Positions 16,651-26,447 of a stretch of DNA of 50,572 nucleotides are shown piece by piece. Position numbers and translations under genes: made by a program. The stretch covers positions 1 through 50,572 of the IMG/VR virus record IMGVR_UViG_3300048850_000082, one strand, 5' to 3'. The first letter of the stretch is position 1. Each line of letters starts with the position of its first letter. The notes below the pieces were generated by a model. The model was not told where the DNA came from, ran no database searches, and saw nothing but the letters and a program-made list of their open reading frames with translations. This DNA is from a virus. Its lineage: Duplodnaviria; Caudoviricetes.

Positions 16651-18374
16651 TAGAACGGCAGCCTTCGACGCGGTGTGCCGGCGGCGATGATCTTCGTGGC
16701 AGCGTTGCCGCCCTCGACGACCACCTTCACGTGGTACGGCTGTGCGGGCTTGCCGGGTGACTTGGGTGGGATCGCCGCTGCGGTCGAGAAGCGGCCCGTC
16801 AGCAGCGAGTACACGTTGCCCTGTGGTGCCCGGATGCCGAACTGCGATTCGATCTGCTGGCCGAACGGGGTGCCCGAGATGCCAACGACGTCGAACAGCT
16901 TGTCGAGTGCCGACTGGAAGAGGTTCAACTCCTGGGGCGTCGGCGGCACCGTCGTCAAGTCCTGCACCGTGCGGTCCTCAGGATCGGTGCGCAGGAACAT
17001 CACCTGGTTGGGCAGGATCGGCCCGAACTCGACCCAGTCCTCGGACCCGGGGCCGTTGTAGACCTTCACCTTCTTGGCAGGGCCGAAAAGCGTGAGGTCG
17101 TCGTACATGTCCTGGTCGCCGATGTTGACGCGCTCGAGGAACCCCTCTTGGTCGACCAGAGCGTTGTCACCCGCGGTGATCTTGCGGATCGACGCTGGGG
17201 TGGATTGCGTGATGAGCGCGCCGCCGGCGCGCATGCCCGCGCTGATGCCGCGGTTGGCCGCACCCAGCGGTGACGGGCCGCCGGCTTTCTCGGTGTGGTT
17301 CCAGATCGGCAGGCCGTTGCGCTGCACCTGGAACCGTCGCTCGTTGCCGTCGAATCCTGCGATGGCGGTGTACTTCTCGCCCGGGAATGACGGCAGGTTG
17401 GGCCACACCGCCATGGTGGCCTCAACGAAGTTGTTGAACCGGGACAACTCGACGGAGAACGGGCCAATGCTGACGCGGACGCCGCTGCCGTTCCAGGTGC
17501 CGTCGACGTTGCGGCCGACGCGCAACCAGATGTGGTCTTCGGCGCCGTCGGGGAATGTGAACTCCTGAAACGACCCCAGCTCGATGGTGACGACCTGGTT
17601 GTTGGTGTCGGTCTGGAAGTTCTTGTAGGGCCCGAACATCACCGACCGGCCCTGGGTAGTGATCGGGTCGTCGGGGTCGTCGACCCACTTCGCCTCGCCG
17701 CCCGACGCGTGCGGGTAGCCGCCGCCGGATCCGCCGTAGTAGTACAGCGGCCAGTTCGGGCCGAGGTCGGTCGCGGTGTTCGTGCCGAACGTCTCGACCA
17801 TGCTCTCGTAGGCAAACTCGAACATGTCGACGTCGGGCTTGGTGCGCCAGTACCCGTCGTCGGCCTGCAGCATCAGGTCGACGGCCTGGAACCGCTGCTG
17901 GGCTCCCGACATGGCGCCGGGCAGCGTCTTCATCCACCGCATGTCGGCCCACCAGTGGCCCATGGAGTTCGTCCAGAAGTGCAGCCGTGAGGTCTTCTTC
18001 GGGTGCAGCGACCCGGTCAGATGATCGATCACCCGGCGCAGGTGCTCGCCGTCGCGGGCCCGGGCGACGGCGTTGATCGTGACTTCGGTGGCCTCGCCGA
18101 GCGAGGTGACGAACGTGACGCCGTCCTGCGTGGCGCCCTTCTGCTGGATGATCTTCCACGGCGCGATCAGCCCCTTGAGGCCGTTCTTCTTGATGTGCAC
18201 CGACTCTGGGCGGGTGTGGTCGATGATCGACGCGCCGCCCATGAGGTCGATGTGCACCGTCTCGTCGAACGAGGTCAGCCACAGCGACGGGATTCTGCCC
18301 TTGAGGATGTGATAGGCGCCGTGCGGCGTGAGCGGGCCGGCCGGATAGCGGACGAGCGGCGTGGGACCGGTCAT
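16650..18374 (-). CDS. Minor tail protein (distal tail, Dit-like, with inserted domain)
   Basis: First gene after the tape measure; QQKGATQDGVTF motif. Confidence 0.85.
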   Translation of the reverse strand: MTGPTPLVRYPAGPLTPHGAYHILKGRIPSLWLTSFDETVHIDLMGGASIIDHTRPESVHIKKNGLKGLIAPWKIIQQKGATQDGVTFVTSLGEATEVTINAVARARDGEHLRRVIDHLTGSLHPKKTSRLHFWTNSMGHWWADMRWMKTLPGAMSGAQQRFQAVDLMLQADDGYWRTKPDVDMFEFAYESMVETFGTNTATDLGPNWPLYYYGGSGGGYPHASGGEAKWVDDPDDPITTQGRSVMFGPYKNFQTDTNNQVVTIELGSFQEFTFPDGAEDHIWLRVGRNVDGTWNGSGVRVSIGPFSVELSRFNNFVEATMAVWPNLPSFPGEKYTAIAGFDGNERRFQVQRNGLPIWNHTEKAGGPSPLGAANRGISAGMRAGGALITQSTPASIRKITAGDNALVDQEGFLERVNIGDQDMYDDLTLFGPAKKVKVYNGPGSEDWVEFGPILPNQVMFLRTDPEDRTVQDLTTVPPTPQELNLFQSALDKLFDVVGISGTPFGQQIESQFGIRAPQGNVYSLLTGRFSTAAAIPPKSPGKPAQPYHVKVVVEGGNAATKIIAAGTPRRRLPF

Positions 18375-21300
18375 CAGTGCCCCGGCCCGGCGTTCGCGGC
18401 CTGCTGGTGGAACTGAATGGCCCGCGCGGTGCCGTCATCAGTCTGGGCGGCGGTCGTGACGTTGATGTTGGTGTCGCCGCCCTTCTGACCAACCGGTGCG
18501 GGCGCCGCTCCGCCGGGCGGAACGGGAGCCTGCTGCGGCTCGCCGCCCTTACCGCCCGCCATGTTCGGCTTCGCAGGCTTTGCGCCCGACAGGCCGCCAA
18601 CGAGCTTTGAGAACCACGAGTTGGCGGCCAGCGGGGAGCCGGCGGGTAGCACGGTCTGGGCGACTGCGTCCACGCCGATCGCGGCGGCCTGGGCGCCGAA
18701 CTGGATGGTGCGGTTGGCGACCTTCAGCGCGAGACTGGAGCCGGGCGCAACCATGTCTGCGGCCATCCCGGCCGCACCCATGAGGTCGCCGCCCAGGCCG
18801 ATCCCTTGACCGCCGGGGGTCGCGGCAGGCGTGACGCCAGTACCCATTCCGGGAGTGCCCGCAGCGGCGCCGACGCCAGGGGTCGGACCGAGACCCGAAC
18901 CCGCCGACGCGCCGACCCCGCCACCGAGAGGCGCGGGGCCGATGTTCGGCGCCAGCTTCGGACCCGCGATGCCACCGAAGCCTTCGCCCGACGGCGCCGA
19001 CGTCGGCAGTCCGGCGCCAGGGGGGAACCAACCCGGGCCGCCGGTCGGGCGCGGCGAGTTGACCGTGATGCCGTCGGCTGCGGTCGACCCGTTGGTGATG
19101 ACCTCCCAGGCGCCGAGGCCCTGCGGCTTGGTCCCGTTGTAGCCGGTGAACGCGGTGCGGTCGGCGACGGCGATCTGCTGCTCACGCGTGGCCTCGTGCG
19201 GCATCTTCGCGAACTCCTGGCCACCGAACGCATTCCACGTCGACGGGGAGAACTGCAGACCGCCGTAGTGTCCGCTTCCGCCGGTGTCGGCGTTCGCCCA
19301 GTTGCCGCTCGATTCCTTGGCCGCGATCTTGTCCCAGAAGGTGTCTGCGGCCGCGCTGACGGCGGGTGTTGCTGCACCACCGAACAATGCCGTCGCGGCG
19401 GTGCCCATGTCGCCGCCGCCGGGCATGTTGACGACGAACACGGGAGTCGCACCGCTGGCGCTCGCGAAGCCCGCCCTGGCCGTGGGCGCCATGACCGCAC
19501 CGCCGGTCCCGCCCTTGCCGTCGAAGTGCGCGTCGATGTGGTCCTGATGGCCGGGCGTAGTGAACCCGGTCTTGCCGCCAGTGCCGGGGTACACGCCCTG
19601 GTCGCGCCAGATGGTGTACTCCAGCCCGAGCGCTTCGGCGTTCGACTGCAGGTAGTCGCGGATCTGATCGCCGAGGGCCTTCTGGTCAGGGCCGATGGGG
19701 ATGTCGATCGACAGACCGGCGTCGTGAGTGTTCTTCGCCGTGTTGTTGTCGCGACTGCCGCCAATGGTGCCGCGGATCTGATCGCCGAACATCTGCTGCA
19801 CCAGCGCGGCGGCCTGGCGGGACTGCGGTCCCGATGGCACGCTGCCGGTGTCCTTCAGAATCGAGGGCATGACGCTGGCCGACGGCATCGCCGTGGTCGC
19901 GCCGCTGAAGTAGTCCATCGACGTCGGCGACGCCGTGCTGCTGGAGGCGACCGCAGTGCCGTCAGCAGTGAAGTACTTCTGATTGAACAGGCCGGGGGCC
20001 ACTCCACCGTTGGCGGCGAGGGCCATGGCACCGGCCTGCAGCGAGGGGCTCGATCCGATCGCACTACCCATCGCGAGGTTGCCGAACGTCTTGACGAGGT
20101 TCTCGACGAACCCGGGGATCCCCTTGGACAGGCCGAAGTCCTCATCGATCGACGTGAACACCGAGTTGATGTCGCCCGCGGCTTGCTTGATCTTCCCGGT
20201 ACGGGCCTGGAGCGCGTCGTACTCGGCCGCGTGCACCGCGCGCTCCTGCTCCTGCAGATCGTTGCGCGTGGTCAGCAACTCCTGTTGCGTCGCATTGCCC
20301 TTCGCCTCGAGCACCTGCAGCGCCAAGCGCTTCTGCTCGAGGCCGTTGGTCGCGGTGATGAGCTTCGAGTCCGTCTCGAATACCTTCTCCATGTCGGCGC
20401 CGGCCACCGGTGCGGGCAGCTTCGCGAGCGGGTCGCCGATCGTGTACTTCGACGGGTCGATGAACGGGGTGATCTCCGCGCCGCTACCGCCAACAGGCTC
20501 GGTGATGACCGGATCCGAGTAGCCGCTGAGAGCCACGGGATCAGTCGGCTTGATGATCGGATCGGGGACACCCGACACGTCGTCCTTGCGAGCCAACGTG
20601 TCCGGTGAGATCGAACCGGAACGCGGGCTGAGATTGCCAGCCTCGCGCGATCCGGCGGGACGGGTCGCCTGATCGCCGGGAAGTCCGCTCGCGTTGGGAA
20701 GTCCGCCGGATTCGCGGGTGCCGGCGGGGCGGTTGAGCTGCTCCTGTGGAATGCCCGGTGCGGTGGGCGCCGGCTTGCCTTCGCCGAAGATGTTGCGGTC
20801 GACCCAGTCTCGCGCGTTCTTGCCCCACTGGTCGGGGGTGTTCGAGTGGTTGATGTCCCGCAGCGCCGGGTTGCTGTCGACCGCCGCCTCGATCTGCTTG
20901 CCGATCTCGATGCCGATCGCCGGGATGACGATCATCGACAGGGCCTTGCTGATCCCGGCTGCGGCGGTCGTCGCCTTGGCGGGGAGCAGGCCGAGCGCGT
21001 TGCTGACGTTCGCGAGGTTGGCCAGGAGCATGACCGGGCCCTGCATCGTCTTCCATGCGACGAACGCAGTGACGACCGCCTCGGCGCCACCGGGGATGCT
21101 GTTGATGACCGCGAGGCCGTCGCGGATGATCGGCAACCAGACGTTCGCCGCTGAAACGCCCGCGCTGAAAACGCCGGCCAGCACGGGGCCCGCGGTCGTG
21201 GCGACGTCCTTCAGCTGAGTCAGCAGGTCGCGACCCTGCGCGAAGTAGTCCCGCAGCTTCGACTGGCCCTCGGTCGAGTTCAGGAAGATCTGCAACCTGC

Positions 21301-22657
21301 CGGTCGCCGACTCCAGCGTGCCCAGTAGGCCCGTGCCGCCGCCCGCTGCTTCAGTGAGCGCTGTGAAGGTCTTGCCGATGTTCAGCGCCGTGTTGCCGAG
21401 TTGCGTGAAGCCGGTGAGCCCTTGGTCGATCCACTTGTCGAGTCGGCCATCACCGTCGGCCGCGGTGATGAACGCGTTGAAGCGATCCGCGACGTTGCCC
21501 ACTGCGGTCGCCAGGCGCGGCAGCGAGTCCGAGCCCGCGGCCGTCAGTGTGCCGATGGCGTTGACGGCCGGGTCGATCGCCGCGGTGAGCTTCGACTGTG
21601 CGTCGGCGGTGCTGCCGAAGATGCGATCGAGGAACCCGACCGAGGACTCCGAGCCCAGCGAGTTCATCGCCTGCAGCAGGTTCTGGTTGATGCCCTGCGA
21701 GATGCCGTCGACACCGCGGGTCACCGACGGCAGCAGGTTGCCCGCCATATCCCGCAGGCCGCCCGAGACGCCCTCGAACATGTTGCCGGAGCCCAGTGCG
21801 CGTAGATCGTTGAAGGTGCCCCGCATGCCAACGGCGGTCTTCACGACTTCGGCCTGCGCGGGCGCGAGGTCGGCGAGCGCCTGGTTCGCTGCCTCAACCG
21901 ACGCCTTCGTGCCGTCGGAAGCCTTCGCGACCGCGGTGATCGCGTCGCCCATGCCGTACATGCCCAGCGCACCGACGCCCACGGAGGCTGCGATGCCAGC
22001 GAAGATGCCCGGCACCGCGAAGCCGGCGCCGGCCAGCTGCTGCATCGCCCCGGCCACGTCGGTGATCGCAGTCGCCGCAGCAGGCAGCAGGCCAATGCCC
22101 GCGAGGCCGAGGTTGAGCTTCAGGCCCGAACCGAGGCTGGCGCCGAGGCCGTCGAACTTCGCCCTGATCCCGTCGAGATCGGTACCGGTCTGCCGATAGG
22201 CGTCCCCGGCCTCACGGATCGCCCGTGCCTTGTCCCGCTCGGCCCGCGACACTGCGGTGGCCGATGCGACCAGCTGGTTGTTGATCCGCGTCTGCGCCAG
22301 CTTGAGTCGGTTCAGATCCTCGGTCGCCTTGGCCACCGCATCGCTGTCTGCGGCTTCGGTCTTGAGCAGTTCCAGGCGCTTCGCCTCGGACGCCGCGACG
22401 GCATCGTTGATCGCCTTCGACCGCTCGAGCTGCGTGGCTCGCTTGGTCTCGGCGATCGTGATCTTGTCGAGCTGATCGGCGACCTTGTCGGCGGCCGCGC
22501 GCACCTTCGAGTCGCGCTCGACCGCCCGCGCGAAGTTCCCCATGAAGCCGGAACCCGAACTGGTTCCTGCCCGCTCGAAGTAGCCCTTCGCCTCCTCGGC
22601 GGCCCGGCGTCCAGAGGCATCGTCGAACCGGGACTTGACGTCAATGAAAACAGACAC
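18374..22657 (-). CDS. Tape measure protein (1427 aa) with peptidase-like and Rpf transglycosylase domains
   Basis: Longest ORF, Ala/Gly-rich helical; WDKIAAKESSGNW..GGLQFSPSTW..ATREQQIAVA; THDAGLSID..HQDHIDAHF. Confidence 0.95.
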   Translation of the reverse strand: MSVFIDVKSRFDDASGRRAAEEAKGYFERAGTSSGSGFMGNFARAVERDSKVRAAADKVADQLDKITIAETKRATQLERSKAINDAVAASEAKRLELLKTEAADSDAVAKATEDLNRLKLAQTRINNQLVASATAVSRAERDKARAIREAGDAYRQTGTDLDGIRAKFDGLGASLGSGLKLNLGLAGIGLLPAAATAITDVAGAMQQLAGAGFAVPGIFAGIAASVGVGALGMYGMGDAITAVAKASDGTKASVEAANQALADLAPAQAEVVKTAVGMRGTFNDLRALGSGNMFEGVSGGLRDMAGNLLPSVTRGVDGISQGINQNLLQAMNSLGSESSVGFLDRIFGSTADAQSKLTAAIDPAVNAIGTLTAAGSDSLPRLATAVGNVADRFNAFITAADGDGRLDKWIDQGLTGFTQLGNTALNIGKTFTALTEAAGGGTGLLGTLESATGRLQIFLNSTEGQSKLRDYFAQGRDLLTQLKDVATTAGPVLAGVFSAGVSAANVWLPIIRDGLAVINSIPGGAEAVVTAFVAWKTMQGPVMLLANLANVSNALGLLPAKATTAAAGISKALSMIVIPAIGIEIGKQIEAAVDSNPALRDINHSNTPDQWGKNARDWVDRNIFGEGKPAPTAPGIPQEQLNRPAGTRESGGLPNASGLPGDQATRPAGSREAGNLSPRSGSISPDTLARKDDVSGVPDPIIKPTDPVALSGYSDPVITEPVGGSGAEITPFIDPSKYTIGDPLAKLPAPVAGADMEKVFETDSKLITATNGLEQKRLALQVLEAKGNATQQELLTTRNDLQEQERAVHAAEYDALQARTGKIKQAAGDINSVFTSIDEDFGLSKGIPGFVENLVKTFGNLAMGSAIGSSPSLQAGAMALAANGGVAPGLFNQKYFTADGTAVASSSTASPTSMDYFSGATTAMPSASVMPSILKDTGSVPSGPQSRQAAALVQQMFGDQIRGTIGGSRDNNTAKNTHDAGLSIDIPIGPDQKALGDQIRDYLQSNAEALGLEYTIWRDQGVYPGTGGKTGFTTPGHQDHIDAHFDGKGGTGGAVMAPTARAGFASASGATPVFVVNMPGGGDMGTAATALFGGAATPAVSAAADTFWDKIAAKESSGNWANADTGGSGHYGGLQFSPSTWNAFGGQEFAKMPHEATREQQIAVADRTAFTGYNGTKPQGLGAWEVITNGSTAADGITVNSPRPTGGPGWFPPGAGLPTSAPSGEGFGGIAGPKLAPNIGPAPLGGGVGASAGSGLGPTPGVGAAAGTPGMGTGVTPAATPGGQGIGLGGDLMGAAGMAADMVAPGSSLALKVANRTIQFGAQAAAIGVDAVAQTVLPAGSPLAANSWFSKLVGGLSGAKPAKPNMAGGKGGEPQQAPVPPGGAAPAPVGQKGGDTNINVTTAAQTDDGTARAIQFHQQAANAGPGH

Positions 22658-22680
22658 GGTTCACCACCTCTCGATTAGGG

Positions 22681-23115
22681 CTAATCGCCGAATAGGTTGT
22701 CGTACAGGTCTTCCAAGGAGTCGTCGCCGTACAGCTCGGCCTCCTCCTTGAGTTCCTTCAGGCGTTCTCGGAAGCTGACCGGCGACTCGAATGGCGTGAA
22801 CTTGGTGTCATCGCCTTCGCCGCCGTGAACTTGGGCATAGGACGCCCGCAGCTTGGCGGTCTCCTCATGTGTCGCGGCGGCGATCTCCATCGCAGGCGGC
22901 CAGTCACCGTCACGCAGTGACCACGTCTTGAACTCGGACTCGTCGGGTAGACGCCAGAGGATGTTGAGCAACAGGCGGCTCGACAACTTCAGTCGGCCGT
23001 GCTCGTCGCGGGTGCCCTGATGCCAATCAGCGATGCTGATCGGCGCGGGCAGGTTCAGAAGGTCGAACTCGATCTGCGCTGGCCAGCGCCGCCAGATCTG
23101 AAGTGCGTCAGCCGC
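22681..23115 (-). CDS. Tail assembly chaperone, frameshift extension (gpT-like part)
   Basis: Open +1 frame from the TCG AAA AGC site (AADALQIWRRWPAQIEFDLL...) to the stop at 22681. Confidence 0.8.
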   Translation of the reverse strand, partial: AADALQIWRRWPAQIEFDLLNLPAPISIADWHQGTRDEHGRLKLSSRLLLNILWRLPDESEFKTWSLRDGDWPPAMEIAAATHEETAKLRASYAQVHGGEGDDTKFTPFESPVSFRERLKELKEEAELYGDDSLEDLYDNLFGD

Positions 23116-23602
23116 TTTTCGAGTCGTCGGCGACCCGCTTCATGAACTCGCGCTGCATCCGCGAGAGCGTCAGGCGGAACTCGCTCGATCGGCCACCGAG
23201 TTCGAAGTACCGCTTGGCCGCCTCCTCGCCGAGGTTGGCCTTCACGCGCCGCGCCCAGTAGTTGGGCTTCACCAACTCGCCGCCCTTCATGTGCGGCTCG
23301 ATGAGGACGCGCTCGGTCAGTGGCTCGCCGGTCTTCGGGTCGATCACCACCTCGTTGGTGATCGCGTTGCGGATCACCACCGTCTCGTGGTCGAAGGTGC
23401 GCAGTTCGGCCTGGACTTCGTCGAGCGCCTCCTGCTGCTCTTCGCTCAGCAGGTTCTCGTTGGTGACGGTGAACGTCTCGCCGCCGACGGTGATCGTTGC
23501 GTGCTGCGCGAAGCCGAAGTACTCGGCGAGCTGCTCGCGGCCGGCCTCCTCGGCCTCGGGAGTGACCGGCGGGAGCTTCGGCTGCGAATCGGGTTCGGAC
23601 AT
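23108..23602 (-). CDS. Tail assembly chaperone (gpG-like)
   Basis: Between major tail and tape measure; AGAAGGAG SD. Confidence 0.85.
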   Translation of the reverse strand: MSEPDSQPKLPPVTPEAEEAGREQLAEYFGFAQHATITVGGETFTVTNENLLSEEQQEALDEVQAELRTFDHETVVIRNAITNEVVIDPKTGEPLTERVLIEPHMKGGELVKPNYWARRVKANLGEEAAKRYFELGGRSSEFRLTLSRMQREFMKRVADDSKSG

Positions 23603-23682
23603 GGGCTATCTCCTTCTGCGGTGGGCTAAGAGTGGGCTAGACCCAGCGGGACGCGCGCTAGCCCAACGCGCGCCCCGCTGGG
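23602..23682 (-). promoter_or_regulatory. Structured leader between major tail and chaperone genes
   Basis: GC-rich hairpin at about 23643-23681 with UGGGCUA in its loop; three downstream UAGCCCA copies. Confidence 0.6.
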
Positions 23683-23688
23683 GCTCTG

Positions 23689-24765
23689 TTACGACGTGAC
23701 GGGTGCGATCGCGAAGGTGCCCGGCGTGGCGAGCGACGCTCCCGAACCCGTGATCGGCAGGCCACCGGGGGTGGTCACCGTGTAGGGGCCACCCGCGGAA
23801 CCCGTGACGGTCCAGTCCGCCGCGGTGTAGCCGTCGTCGAGGGCGACCAGCGCCGCCTTCACCGCGGCCGACGTCGCGTTGTACGGGAGGGGGTCGGTCG
23901 TCTTGCCCTTGAACGTCAGCGTGAACGTGCCCGACGCCTGGGTGCCCAGCGTGGTCAGGTACTGCGAGGTGGGCGAGCCCCGCCACGCGCGCCACGCCGA
24001 GCCGTCGATCCACTCGTGCTTGATGATCGGCCGGTACTCGCCGTCGACCATGGCCATGAAGAAGCCAGACGGGATCGGCTTGAACGTCAGCGGCGCAGCC
24101 TCAGCGTCCTTCTTGCCCATCTTCGCTTCGCCGATGTCGTTGTTCTTGACGAGGTCGTAGCCCTTGACCGTGACGAGAGTCTTTCCGCTCTTGCGGAACT
24201 CACGGACCAGCAGGCACTGGTATTCCTCGGGTGTGTGATCCGTCGGCTTGCTGTACCCGGTGTTCGGCGTGCCGGGGTACTCGACGAGGTTGTTGCCGTC
24301 CTCATCGGTCAGCGGCAGGCCGTTGCGCAGACGGCGCACCACGCCGCGCAGCGTCTCGACGGGAGTGATGGTGAACGGCTCGGTCTCCTTCACGCGGTCC
24401 GAGTCGTAAATCTCGTTGGTCTGCTCGACCATGTAGTCGTCGTCGTCGATGCTGGGCTTCGTCGACGGGCCATCGCCCTCCTTGAACGCGCCCGCGAGGT
24501 GCCAGCCCTGGTTGTCGTCACCGTTGGGCACGTAGAACCCGCCGGCGACCTTCTTGAAGGCCAGCAGATCGGGGCGCAGCCTGCCATCCTCGGCCAGCGG
24601 CGAGTACTTGATCGAGCCGTCCTCGTTGTGCGGGGATAGGTCGGTGTCGGCGCCGCGGGCCTGGCGGAACAGGGCCGCGATCTTGCCGCCACGCTCGAAG
24701 AGCCGGGGGTCGAGGTCGCCGAAGCCGCCTGCGGCGAACGACGTGCCGGTAGCAGGTTGCGTCAT
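23689..24765 (-). CDS. Major tail protein with C-terminal accessory domain
   Basis: Synteny; MTQPATG start; C-terminal GTFTLTF.G.TT.PLPYNATSAAV.AAL.AL domain. Confidence 0.88.
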   Translation of the reverse strand: MTQPATGTSFAAGGFGDLDPRLFERGGKIAALFRQARGADTDLSPHNEDGSIKYSPLAEDGRLRPDLLAFKKVAGGFYVPNGDDNQGWHLAGAFKEGDGPSTKPSIDDDDYMVEQTNEIYDSDRVKETEPFTITPVETLRGVVRRLRNGLPLTDEDGNNLVEYPGTPNTGYSKPTDHTPEEYQCLLVREFRKSGKTLVTVKGYDLVKNNDIGEAKMGKKDAEAAPLTFKPIPSGFFMAMVDGEYRPIIKHEWIDGSAWRAWRGSPTSQYLTTLGTQASGTFTLTFKGKTTDPLPYNATSAAVKAALVALDDGYTAADWTVTGSAGGPYTVTTPGGLPITGSGASLATPGTFAIAPVTS

Positions 24766-24846
24766 GGTGATATTCCCTTCGGGATGGGTTGAACCGGAAG
24801 GCATCCGGCGGGTGGTGGTTGCGGCTTCCGGCCGCGACGCGGGTGG

Positions 24847-25281
24847 CTAGACCGCGACGAATGAGAGGCCGAAGCGGTACACGGCCTTGTAGCGGTGAAT
24901 CGTGTCGACGCCGTAGTCGCTGAGGCGCGGCTTCTCGACCGTCTCTAGGTAGTCGAGGTTGGCGATGGAACCGTCGGGCATGGTGATGTCGCGCAGCGGG
25001 TCTCGCGCGAGCAGCGTCATTCTGCGGTGAGTCCGGTCGCACTCGTGCAGCGTGGTAGAACGCTCGGCGGGCGTGCGTGCCCAGCCGAACGTGTGCACGG
25101 ACATCAGCACGTGGTCGATGCCCTCGTCGTCGACGTCGGTGCCGCCGATGCGGTTGAACTGTCGGTACGGCAGCGGGCCCGACTCGTAGCGGGACTGCCC
25201 GACGGCGCCGAGCGGGGCCGCCCACGACAGCATGAACAGCGTCGCGTTCGGTGCGTCCTGATCGACGAGGTCAACGCTCAC
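24847..25281 (-). CDS. Tail terminator
   Basis: Synteny, size, RIGGTD...MSVHTF pattern. Confidence 0.75.
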   Translation of the reverse strand: MSVDLVDQDAPNATLFMLSWAAPLGAVGQSRYESGPLPYRQFNRIGGTDVDDEGIDHVLMSVHTFGWARTPAERSTTLHECDRTHRRMTLLARDPLRDITMPDGSIANLDYLETVEKPRLSDYGVDTIHRYKAVYRFGLSFVAV

Positions 25282-25639
25282 TGGTGCGCTCCTCGATGGA
25301 GCCCTGGCCGAACTTGTCGGCGGTGCGCGCCATCACGGCGAACTCGGGAGTGGGGGTGTCGGGGCCGAAGCGCGACTTCGAGTCCGAGGGGTCGGCCTTC
25401 GTGCCGTCCTCGATCATGTGCGACTTCCAGTCCATCGCACCGACGGTCACCTTGGCGGCGGTGTCGGTGACGATGCGGATGCCGGCGGCGTAGTCGCCCT
25501 CGTCCTTCGGCGCGATCGACTTGGCGTAGGCGACCATCGCCTCGCCCGTCCGGCGCTTCTCGGCCCGGGCGTCGGCACCGGCGTGAATCTCGCGCTCCAG
25601 ATCAGCATCGGAGACACCGAGATCGCGGAGGCTGGCCAT
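25271..25639 (-). CDS. HK97 gp10-like neck / tail completion protein
   Basis: AKSIAP...G.Y..GI and A.DWKSH.IE.GT motifs. Confidence 0.75.
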   Translation of the reverse strand: MASLRDLGVSDADLEREIHAGADARAEKRRTGEAMVAYAKSIAPKDEGDYAAGIRIVTDTAAKVTVGAMDWKSHMIEDGTKADPSDSKSRFGPDTPTPEFAVMARTADKFGQGSIEERTSER

Positions 25640-26061
25640 CAGCCGGCCTGCCGCTCAGCGAGACAGAAGACGTGATTCTCCACGCCGTCGTAGTCCTCCA
25701 TCAGCTGCGCGTCGCCGCGCAGCTGGTAGTCGGCGCTGCGGTAGCGCAGCGCGGCCTTGGAGGTGATGTCGTCGACGGGCACCAGCACCGGCTCGTCGTC
25801 ATCGTCGAGCGCCGGCACCTGGCCGTCGACGACCGGCAGGAACGCCCACGCGACGTTGCTCGTGGTCGTCTCCGTCACCGACTGCCGCTCGGATGTCGCG
25901 GGTGAGGTTTGGTTCTGCAGCTCGAACGACGCGCCGTCTACCCACACGACCAACTCGGCCGTGTCGACCTCCTGCATGTCGGTCATCACCGGCTGGCCGT
26001 TGCCGTCGAGCTTCGGCACGGTGCGGACGATGCCGACGCGCTGGTTGCCGAGGTCGTCCAT
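25639..26061 (-). CDS. Head-to-tail stopper
   Basis: Synteny; TGATG coupling on both sides. Confidence 0.7.
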   Translation of the reverse strand: MDDLGNQRVGIVRTVPKLDGNGQPVMTDMQEVDTAELVVWVDGASFELQNQTSPATSERQSVTETTTSNVAWAFLPVVDGQVPALDDDDEPVLVPVDDITSKAALRYRSADYQLRGDAQLMEDYDGVENHVFCLAERQAG

Positions 26062-26444
26062 CAGTAGTCGTACTCGGCGAAGTGATAGGCCGGGTCTGCG
26101 GACCGTGAGGTCGACAGCCCAAGCATCTGCTTGTGCCGATCGGTGACGAAGTCGTCGATGCCAGGGGCCACGGTGCCCGACTTCGTGCGATGGCCCGTGG
26201 TGAACGAGAACGTCGAGAGCCCCTCGCGCCTGGCGAACCACACTGCCTCGCGCACGATCTCGAACGTGACGACCTCGCCGGCTCCATCGTCGGCGGGTAG
26301 GTCCGGCTTGCGCGAGGGTTCGCGGATCCAGTTCGACACCACCTCGAGCAGCGGCGCCACCCAGAGCTTCTCGGTCTCTTTGAGAGGCCCGAAACGCTGG
26401 ATGAACGCCGCTGCGTCGAGGAAAGGTTCGAGGGGAGGTGGCAC
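26061..26444 (-). CDS. Head-to-tail adaptor
   Basis: Synteny and size. Confidence 0.7.
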   Translation of the reverse strand: MPPPLEPFLDAAAFIQRFGPLKETEKLWVAPLLEVVSNWIREPSRKPDLPADDGAGEVVTFEIVREAVWFARREGLSTFSFTTGHRTKSGTVAPGIDDFVTDRHKQMLGLSTSRSADPAYHFAEYDY

Positions 26445-26447
26445 TGA

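Noticed and set aside
18806-20608. 600-aa plus-strand ORF
   Set aside because: Antisense shadow of the tape measure gene with Arg/Gly-rich non-protein composition
23050-23120. Canonical -1 frameshift in the tail chaperone
   Set aside because: No X XXY YYZ heptamer, and the -1 frame hits TGA after about 20 codons
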